Shown piece by piece: positions 35,799 through 45,100 of a stretch of 64,000 nucleotides of DNA. A program made the translations under genes and the position numbers. The stretch comes from Opitutia bacterium (GTDB taxonomy: Bacteria; Verrucomicrobiota; Verrucomicrobiia; Opitutales; JABJCN01): the NCBI GenBank assembly GCA_018668635.1, contig JABJCN010000157.1:170-64169 (forward strand), given 5' to 3'. How positions within the stretch are numbered: the stretch's first letter is position 1; each line of letters begins with the position of its first letter. The notes beneath the pieces were generated by a model. The model worked only from the letters and a program-made list of their open reading frames with translations, ran no database searches and was not told the origin of the DNA.

Positions 35799-36461
35799 AT
35801 GGGCAAGGTTCTGCAGATTCTTCAACCCTATGAAGCAACTCTGAAAATTGCTTACGATGATTACTTTAAACTCCTTTACCGGGCAAAACTTTTGCCCAAG
35901 GCGCGCCTTGTCGGTAATCATTTCATTGCAAGGAAAGTATTTCGTGCATCAGGACGTAAAACTGCGGTGCAAAAGATTGTTCAGTGGTTCTGGAAAAACT
36001 TTAAGGGGGAAGTCGGCCTCGCCCACAAGGTGCTCACCATTAATGACCCATACAATGAAGTTGTTTATGGGGCTGGTTTTTTATGCAATGATCCCTTAAA
36101 TAAATATCTGGATAAGGAGACAACAGTCAGGGTTATCAAACTTTCCAATGGAAAATTGATGCAAGAGGAACGGAAGGGGTCGATCCATCATCCCCCTAAT
36201 TCTGTTAAGAGGGTAAAGCGGAGGCGTAAATACAACAGGAATATTGCTCCTCGTGTTTCAATCTCTTCCACTGGTACACTCTATTACAGGATTACACTCA
36301 TCCCCCAGATTTCACGAGAAGGAATGATTATCCAGAAGCGTAAAATACAGAATATCCGCCTGGATGCACGTGAAGTCGATGATGCCTTAAAGGAGATTAC
36401 TGAGAGAGGTCTTGATCAAATCAACGAGAAAAATACACTTCGTGCATTCAAGGTGATTTGA
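35799..36461 (+). CDS. Hypothetical basic protein (orphan) in an AT-rich segment
   Basis: 220-aa ORF with no signal peptide, TM helix or motif I recognise. It is lysine/arginine rich (KRVKRRRKYNR). Coding status rests only on ORF length in an otherwise stop-rich AT-rich region. Confidence 0.35.
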   Translation: MGKVLQILQPYEATLKIAYDDYFKLLYRAKLLPKARLVGNHFIARKVFRASGRKTAVQKIVQWFWKNFKGEVGLAHKVLTINDPYNEVVYGAGFLCNDPLNKYLDKETTVRVIKLSNGKLMQEERKGSIHHPPNSVKRVKRRRKYNRNIAPRVSISSTGTLYYRITLIPQISREGMIIQKRKIQNIRLDAREVDDALKEITERGLDQINEKNTLRAFKVI

Positions 36462-36617
36462 TGAGAAATTTAAAACTCTTGTGATAAAGTTCGTGACTTA
36501 TGCTATTTAGAGTATAGATGGCACGTGTTTAAAAGCCTACAATACCAAAAAAACCTCTATATCATAACAAAAACCCAGAAATAAACATCTCAAATAAACG
36601 AACCCCCACCCGAAGAC

Positions 36618-37223
36618 GTGGCAAAGTCCCAAAAGAACACAAAACAATCCTCCAAGCGAAAAAATGCCAAGCCGGTGATTCACCCTCAGCACGGCGTCAT
36701 TCCTCCGGAACGCAACAAGGAACTTGTAGGGTTATTGATGAAGCATCAGCGACGAATTTTCTCATATATATATACTATGGTTCCCAATCGCGAGGACTCA
36801 GAGGATTTGCTTCAGGAAACTTGCCTAACAATTTGTGAGAAATTTACTGACTTTGTTGAAGGTACCAACTTCCTTGCATGGGCATGCCAAATCGCATTCT
36901 GGAAGGTTCGTGCAGCGCGCAAGAAATTTGCCACAGCCAAGGTTGTTTTCAATCAAGAGCTTATGGATACGGTCTCAGACACCATGTTCGAGATGGCAAA
37001 GGAACTCGATGTGCGGCACGAGTCCCTCAATGCCTGCCTACAAAAGCTTAATGAGCGGGATAGAACCATGATCATGACCCGATATGAACCTGGATGTAAT
37101 GCACAAACTGCATCTGATGTCTGTGGTCGTTCTATACAAGCAACATACAAGGCCTTGTCCAGGATTAGGAAATTGCTCTTCGACTGCGTTACATTTGAGC
37201 AGGCCGTTCGTGACAACATATGA
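36618..37223 (+). CDS. ECF-type RNA polymerase sigma-70 factor (Rhodopirellula/Verrucomicrobium family-like)
   Basis: Region 2: IFSYIYTMVPNREDSEDLLQETCLTICEKF...FLAWACQIAFWKV. Region 4: ERDRTMIMTRY...TASDVCGRSIQATYKALSRIRKLL. GTG start at 36618. Confidence 0.85.
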   Translation: MAKSQKNTKQSSKRKNAKPVIHPQHGVIPPERNKELVGLLMKHQRRIFSYIYTMVPNREDSEDLLQETCLTICEKFTDFVEGTNFLAWACQIAFWKVRAARKKFATAKVVFNQELMDTVSDTMFEMAKELDVRHESLNACLQKLNERDRTMIMTRYEPGCNAQTASDVCGRSIQATYKALSRIRKLLFDCVTFEQAVRDNI

Positions 37224-38956
37224 AACTTTCAGATAATGAAATCCTTGAGTTTGATGAATTGCTGAATTCAGTCTCAGAGGAAAGTGTAACCGAAGCTGAC
37301 AAGAAACGGCTTCAGGAATGGCTCCAGAACAGTAAGTCTGCCCGGCGGCGCTACATAAAGTTCATGGACATGAATGCCAGCCTGCATCATTATGCAGCGG
37401 AATTTCAGGGAGCCATACCCGAAGATGACCCTGAAGGATTTCGTTCCCCGACGCAAAGTGGCTCCAATATTCCTGATCACTTCCTCAAGACGGCACTCGC
37501 CGTAGCAGCAGCAATAGTCCTTGGCTTTGTCGCGCTAAACTTCCTGCCAAAAAAAGCGTCTCCTATTGATGATGAACAGGTAAACGCCGACAATCAACCT
37601 TTCGAGGGCAGCAAACCCGAAGCTTTTGCGCCCGTTGCAAACAGTGTTGCAGTGCTGACCCAGGCATGGGGTCTTGAATGGGACAACCCGGATGCCACCG
37701 TCAAAGTAGGGGATGAACTCTCTGTCAGCTCTCTGGAGTTCTCAGCAGGTCTGGCACAACTGGAATTCAAGGATGGGGCTATCGTTATTGTTGAAGGGCC
37801 TGCCAAGTTGCAACTGAAGGGGGCCAATGAAGTTTTCTGTTACTTCGGTAAAATCCGGGCCATGGTTCCGGAGCAGGCTTCCGGATTTCAGGTCGGTACA
37901 CCCAGTCTGGATGTTGTGGATCTGGGCACTGAGTTTGGCATGAGCGTTGGCGAGAACGGCGAAATTGAAGTTGTCGTTTATGAGGGGAAGGTCGAATTGC
38001 ATATTGATGAGGCCATGCCTGGCGCTGAGCCTGAAATTGAGGTTTCAGAGCTCAATGCGGGGGAAAGTGTTTTTCTGGACCCCAAGGGGTTGCTCAAGAA
38101 GATGGATATGCCCAAGAGTCAGTTCATCGGAACTGCAGGACTCGCGGAACGCTCCATCGAGGAACTTCAGGCCCGCTACTCACGATGGGTCGAGGCCAGT
38201 CAGGAATTGAGGGAGGATGAGCGTTTGTTGCTTTATTACACATTTGACAACGAGCAGGCATGGTCCCGTACCGTTACCGATCAGGCGCTCAACAAATCCC
38301 GCAGCTCCAATGGGGCACTCATCGGATGCATGTGGGTGCAGGGACGCTGGCCCGGGAAGGGCGCCCTGCAGTTCAAACGCAGTAGTGACCGTGTGAGGAT
38401 TGATATTCCGGGGGAACAGGACTCAATTACTTTTACCGCCTGGGTCCGACTCGACCGCCTGAATACGACCACCTCATCCCTGTTTCTTTGCAGTAATGAA
38501 AACCCCGGGAGTCCCCATTGGCAGATTGACAACGAAGGTCGACTCATGCTTGCAGTAAGGAAGCCTGCACGCCGCAAACCAATCAACCCCCGCACCAGGA
38601 TAACCAAGACAGAACCCTGGGTTTATCAAACCGACAAGGTACTCAATAACCGACTGGGAGAATGGGCGCATCTTGTTACCGTATATGATCGCCAGAAGGG
38701 GAGTGTAAGCCACTACATTGATGGGCGAAAGGTTGCTGACCAAAAGATTCAGAATCGGGACCGCTTGAGCATTGAAAAGGCTGAGCTTGGCAACTGGCCC
38801 CGCCCGGACAAGGGTCATCCCGCAACTAATTTCAGGGGAAGCATGGATGAACTGGCCATTTTTAAGTCAGCTCTCTCCAAGGACGAAATCCTAGGCCTTT
38901 ACGAGGTTGGTCGCCCCAATGCTCTCCACGGCTGGGCCTCCCTTCGCAAGGACTAG
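37220..38956 (+). CDS. Anti-sigma factor: N-terminal anti-sigma domain, TM helix, FecR domain, C-terminal LamG (Laminin_G_3) domain
   Basis: The ATG overlaps the sigma gene stop (ATGA). TM helix: ALAVAAAIVLGFVALNFL. FecR-like region: LEFKDGAIVIVEGPAKLQL...DLGTEFGM...VVVYEGKVEL. LamG tail: WAHLVTVYD...GSMDELAIFKSALSKDEILGLYEVG. Confidence 0.75.
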   Translation: MKLSDNEILEFDELLNSVSEESVTEADKKRLQEWLQNSKSARRRYIKFMDMNASLHHYAAEFQGAIPEDDPEGFRSPTQSGSNIPDHFLKTALAVAAAIVLGFVALNFLPKKASPIDDEQVNADNQPFEGSKPEAFAPVANSVAVLTQAWGLEWDNPDATVKVGDELSVSSLEFSAGLAQLEFKDGAIVIVEGPAKLQLKGANEVFCYFGKIRAMVPEQASGFQVGTPSLDVVDLGTEFGMSVGENGEIEVVVYEGKVELHIDEAMPGAEPEIEVSELNAGESVFLDPKGLLKKMDMPKSQFIGTAGLAERSIEELQARYSRWVEASQELREDERLLLYYTFDNEQAWSRTVTDQALNKSRSSNGALIGCMWVQGRWPGKGALQFKRSSDRVRIDIPGEQDSITFTAWVRLDRLNTTTSSLFLCSNENPGSPHWQIDNEGRLMLAVRKPARRKPINPRTRITKTEPWVYQTDKVLNNRLGEWAHLVTVYDRQKGSVSHYIDGRKVADQKIQNRDRLSIEKAELGNWPRPDKGHPATNFRGSMDELAIFKSALSKDEILGLYEVGRPNALHGWASLRKD

Positions 38957-39162
38957 ATAAGTGGTACTACGTCAAGCCTTCGGTTTGGTTTTACAGTAGT
39001 TTTTTGTTTCCGTTCATCATTATGGTGAACCATGTCCATTTGGGGGACGGGAAACTTTGTGCCGAAATTCGTTGAATTCACTTGCGTATGTGCGGGTTTT
39101 AAGGTAAAGATATTTTATTCTTACCTATAATCATTTTCTGCCCACCCAAAATTCAATGACCC

Positions 39163-42100
39163 TTGGACGCGTTCTCTGGGTCATTCAGCCTTTTTTGCGT
39201 TAAAATGATTGAAAGCAGATGGCTCAACGTCTTGAATTACCGACATCATCTTTTGAGCATTCTCGCAATGCCTGCCTTTAAAAACAAAATCACAACTTCT
39301 TTCCAAAAGTTGTTGCCAATTGCATTGGCTATGATGCTAGGCACTACGCCTGCTTATTCGGATCTGACTGCTTACTACCAATTAGTCCTTGAGGAAGTAT
39401 CCTGGGCCGATGCGGTTGAAACCTCTCAGGAACGCGGAGGCAACCTTGCCACTGTTACAAGTCAGGCTGAATGGGATCAAATCAATGAGCAATTGGGAAC
39501 TAGCATCGATGGCCTAGACCTCTGGCTTGGTGGAAGAGCAGATCCTGAAGATACTGAGCAGGACCCCGGTAAGCGCAGGTGGATCTGGGTCACGGGTGAA
39601 GAATGGGATTATTCACGCTGGCGGAGACTGGAACCGGATGGCAACTTCGGTGTTCAGGACCGTCTTTTCATTAACGGTAGTCACCCAAGTGAAGGTGCTG
39701 ACCACAAGTGGAACGATCACCCAAACAAAGCGGTCGACCTGGCTTTTTCAAAATATGAGATCAAGGGCTACATCATAGAATTAGGTTGGGCATCCATTGA
39801 TGGCAATCTCAGATATGTGGGCTCCAAGTCCGGAAACTTATACATTTCAGTTACCGGTGGTCCTGCTGATCACCCTGGTGGCAGTCGCATGATGCGTCAA
39901 CCCGGGGACTTCAGTTTTACAAACCTGGTGAAGGGGTTCGAGTATACAATCATTGCCTACCTCGACACAAATTCGAATCAAAACCAGGACGAAGGTGAAC
40001 CCGAGGGACGATACGTTTACACACCGCACCTGCTAACCGAAGACCTAAAGGACATCACAGTCACGGTATATGACGAGAACAGTCCGCCCAATCCGTTGGT
40101 GCTCAATGGTCAGTCCATTCACGACAATGACGAGGTCGGCAAGGAAATCGGCATAGTCATTCCATCAGATCCCGACGAGGGACAGGAATTGATGGTATAT
40201 GTTATTGATCCCACCCACAAGTTTCGTGTCGACGGCAACAAGCTACTTATCACGACAACCTTCAATTCAGAAGAAATCCAATCACAACCGCTTGTCCTTC
40301 GCACCGTGGACGACGGTGGACTCTTTACCGACACACAATTTAACCTTTCCGTCCTTCCTCCCAACCGAAGCCCGACGATCAACACCCGTGAATCTGTCAC
40401 TATAGATGAGGACTCCTTCTTCCGCATGGCAACATCCGGAGAGAACATCCTCCAATTTGATGATGATGCGACAGGGAATGAGCAGGTGGAAGTTACATTC
40501 ACGGTTACAGAGGGAGGCATCTATTTCTTCAAAAACAACAATATCACCTTTACGGATGGCGAACCAGGCACTGGATACGTGAAATTCAGAGGCACTCTGG
40601 ATAATGTGAATGCCAGGATGGATCGTCTCACATACAACCCTCCTGAAGACTTCAACGGTCAGGTTACATGGACCATCGAAATCAGTGATCTCGGCAACCA
40701 CGAGGGAAGTGTTCCACTTACTGCGTCACACACAATCGATATCACCATTAATGCCGTCAATGACGCCCCGGAAGTCACCGTCCCCGAGGCCATTCAGAAC
40801 CTGCTGGAGGACAGCACCCTCACGTTTAATATAATCAAAGGGAACCCCATTACGGTCAACGACGACCCGGAGAATGACCAACCCATCACCTTTGAGATGA
40901 GTGTGGATCATGGCACCCTGACCCTTGGCAAGATCCGCAACCTTACATTCCTCACAGGGGCTGACGAATCTTCTCATATGGAGATAAGTGCCACCACCAC
41001 CGCGCTCAACTCCGCGCTGAACGGCCTGACCTACACCGCCCCCAGGGATTTCGACGGCACTGCCACCATTTCATTCCTCACCGCTGATAACGGCAATATT
41101 GGAAAGGGCGGGCCCAAGACTGCACAAAACTCTCTCGATGTCTCAATCCTGGCAGTCAATGATGCTCCCATCATCACCGGTCCCTCGCTGGTTACACCCG
41201 TTGAGGATATTCCTTTCAGCTTTGACGGTGAGGCAGATGCCCTGATCACGATCATCGACGACGCTGCCAACGAGGGTGACGACAACCAGGTTGGCAACGT
41301 CACCACCCAGCTCACCATCAATGTCGACCACGGCACTGTCCGCATGGGGCGTCTCAACGGCCTTACATTTCTTGAGGGCGACTCTGCAGGGGATAGCAAA
41401 CTGGTCATGACCGGCCCCTACAATCTCATGGTTCTGTCCCTTGATGGCATGACCTATACATCGGACAAGGATTACAATGGTGGTGATAGCCTCAAGGTCG
41501 AGTTCAACGACTTGGGGCACTTTGGCGAAGGGGGTGCCAAGACTGCCGCACATACTGTCCTCTTGGTCGTTGGACCCGCCAACGACCCGCCGACCGATGT
41601 CCTTATCGACTCCTCCTCTGTCGCGGAAAACAAGAAGGCCGGTACCTCTGTTGGCAAACTCAGCGCCGTGGACCCCGATGCAAATGACACACATACTTTC
41701 AAACTGGTGGTGCCTGCAGACGCCGGAGCACCACCATTCACCATCTCCGGCAACACCCTCAAGACCACCCGCGAACTGGATGCCGAGGATGAACCCCTCA
41801 TCTTGGTCCACATCGCCGCCACCGACAAGGCCGGTGCCACCTTTACCAAGACCCTCTGGATTCACGTCACAAATCTCAACGATGCACCCACCGGCATCAA
41901 TATCGACAACTCCGTCATCCCTGAGGAGGAACCCGCCGGCACGTTTGTCGGGACCCTTACCACTATTGACTCCGACGGCACCCTCGGTCGGGGACTCATC
42001 GGCTACTGGCCCTTTGATGACGGGCAAGGCATCTCCGTAGCGGACTACTCGGGGAACGGCAACGGTGGCACCATCAACAACGAGACACCCACCATGTGGA

Positions 42101-45100
42101 AACCCGGTAAAATCGGTACCGCCCTGGAACTCAATGGTTCCACCCGTCTTGTCGAGATCCCCCACATCCACAAGTATCTCATTGATTCCGGCACATTTTC
42201 CATCTGGTACAAGCACACCAATGACCAGGGGGCTCTTTTCTCCAAGGATTCATCCGGCTTCGATAACGGCGGGCATTTCTACCTGACCATGAATGCAAAG
42301 AAGCTCGCCGTTCGACTGCAGGGTATCAATACCCACAACAATCTCTCCATGAATGCCGCCTCATCGGTCCTGAACACCCGTAGCCAGTGGCACCACGCAG
42401 CATTCACCTTTGGCACATCCGGAATGACCCTTTATCTCGACGGTGAGATCATGTCCACCAATACCCATTACACCGGCGGCCTCGGTCAGTCCTCCGGCGG
42501 CAGCGGCAACGCTGAACCCATCGCAATCGGTGCCAATACTCTACAGAGCGGGGACAACACCCTCTTCCCGGCAAAGGAATACTTCAAGGGCAGTGTTGAT
42601 GAGTTCCGCATCTACGACCGCGCACTCAGCGACATCGAGGTCCTCGAGCTCATGGAGACCACCACCACCACCAATGACTTCCATGTCTACACGCTCGTTC
42701 CCGGGGTGGGGGCCGGGGACAACTCCTCATTCTCAATCGATGACAACCAACTTTTTACCAAGGTTCCACTCGACCATGAGGGTCGCGATGGTTACCACAT
42801 TCGCATTCGCACACAGGATTCCGCCGGTGAAACCTTTGAGCAATCCCTTCACATCACCACCACCAATGTCAACGACCCGCCGTCTGACATCATACTGACC
42901 CCCGATGCCTTTACCGAGAACCAGGTTGTCGGGGCCACGGTTGGACTTCTGAGTGCAATGGATGATGGCGGGATCGAGGAAGGCGTCGGTTCCTACCAGA
43001 TCGTAAACACAGCCATGGATTGGGAACAGGCAAACGCCAACGCGGAAGCCTTGGGCGGTCACCTTGCCATCATCACCAGTGAAGCGGAATGGCAAAAGGT
43101 TATGGAACTCCCCGGTCTAAAGCAGGGCCTATTTATTGGTGCCACCGATGAGGAGGAGGAGGGGACCTGGAGATGGGTCAACGGACAACCACTCGCCGGC
43201 GAGAACCGCCAACCCGATACATTTCATGCCTGGCTTGGCAGCGAACCCAATAACACTGGCGATGCCGAGCACTATGCCGTTATTTGGGAATGGGATCAGG
43301 CTTATGCCTGGAATGACACCGGCAATTCTTCAACCGGGCACATAGTCGAGTTCCCCGGCATCAGCTATCAACTGGTTGAGGGTGAGGGCGATACCGACAA
43401 CTCCCTCTTCACCATTGAGGGCAACGAGCTCAAGGCGGCCTCCGGGTTTAATTTCGAGACCAGGTCCGCACACAGCATCCGGGTCAAGGCCACGGATTCC
43501 GGGGGGCTCTCCCTCGAGAAAGCCATTTCAGTAACCATCACCGATGCCAACGATACACCGGTTGGCATCACCATTGACAACAACACCATCGATGAAGGGC
43601 TGGCCAAGGGGGCAACAGTCGGCAACCTCTCCGCCATCGACGAGGATGCCGGGGATACCCACACCTTCAGCCTGGTGGTGCCTGCAGATGGCGGAGCTCC
43701 ACCTTTCACCATTTCCGGCAAAACGCTCAAGACCACTGCCGTCCTCGATTTCGAGAGCCAGCCCACGCACGAGCTCATGGTCATGGTGACCGATGAGGCC
43801 CAGGCTTCGTTTTCCCAGGTCATCACCATCAATGTCAATGACACCAATGATCCGCCCACCGGAATCACCCTCGCACCGGCGGAGGTCGCCGAGGGGTTGC
43901 CAAGGGACACTGTTATCGGTACATTGACCGCAATCGACACCGATCCCGGGGACACCCACACCTTCCGCATCACCGGTGGCGCCGACAAGTCCCTCTTCAA
44001 CATCTCCGGCAACCAGCTTTTCACAAGGGAGGTGCTCGATTACGAGACCAAGGCCCAGCTCGAGGTCACCATCGAGGCCAGGGATGAAAGCAACCTCACC
44101 TTCGAGCAGACCCTGACCGTCAATGTGATCAACGCAAATGACCCGCCCACCGATATCACCCTGGAACCAACCACCTTTGCTGAGAACCTGGCCATCGGGA
44201 CCGATGTAAGCAAGTTGGCGCTGGTGGATCCGGATGGAAATGACGCGGGTAATGAGAATCCCACGACTTCTGCAAAATACGTCTTGGTCAATAAAACACT
44301 GACATGGAAAGAGGCCAAGGCTGAGGCCGAGAGCATGGGCGGTCATCTTGCCACTTTCAACTCCGAGCAGGAATGGGATGCCATGGTTGCAGAAGTTGGT
44401 CTCACGAACATTTCCAATGACAACATTTGGCTTGGTGCCACCGACGAGGTGGAGGAGGGCGTATGGAAATGGGTGACAGGGGAACCTGTTACCTACAATC
44501 GGTGGGACGAGGGCCAACCGGACGGGAAAACCAACCAGCACTATATGTTGATCTGGGCAGCTACGGGTGCCAGGTGGGATGATATGGAGTTGAATGGCTA
44601 TGGTAATGTGGCCCTCAGATACTTTCTTTTGGAACTGCCATCGACACCATCTTTCACCCTCACCTCCGGTTCCGGCGACACCGACAACTCCCTCTTCACC
44701 ATAGAAGGGGACCAGCTCAAGACGGCGGCGGACTTCAATTACGAGGCCCGGGACGAATACACCATCCGGGTCAAGGGCACCGATTCCGGTGGCCTGAGCA
44801 TTGAGAAAACCTTCACCCTCGACCTCACCAATGCCCCGGATGCGCCCACGGACATCCTGCTCAGCGAAAGTACCGTCGACGAGAACCTCAAGAAGGGGAC
44901 CCTGGTCGGGAACCTGGTCGCCACCGATGAGGATGCCGGCGAGAAGCACACCTTCAAGATGTTCAATGCCACCCTGGTTGCCAACCCGGACAACGCCCTG
45001 TTCACCATCTCCGGCAACCAGCTAAAGACCAACGACATCTTCGACTTCGAGACCAAGTCCAGCTACACCATCAACGTAGAGGTCACCGACGATGATGACC

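Noticed and set aside
35585-36617. Mobile element or genomic islet at the AT-rich segment
   Set aside because: There is no integrase, transposase, flanking direct or inverted repeats, or tRNA attachment site. Only the compositional shift and one orphan ORF stand out. It is kept as a finding but not called a mobile element.
36764-36774. (AT)5 dinucleotide run inside the ECF sigma gene as a phase-variation switch
   Set aside because: Five units is short for efficient slipped-strand mispairing. It simply encodes SYIYT in frame, and there is no evidence of length heterogeneity.
39061-39131. Promoter elements upstream of the giant gene: TATAAT at 39126-39131; GGGAAAC...CGTT, a possible ECF-like -35/-10, near 39048-39073
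   Set aside because: The TATAAT has no acceptable -35 at 16-18 bp. The ECF-like pair has non-canonical spacing, and no matching motif is evident upstream of the sigma gene. Neither is supportable without transcription-start data.
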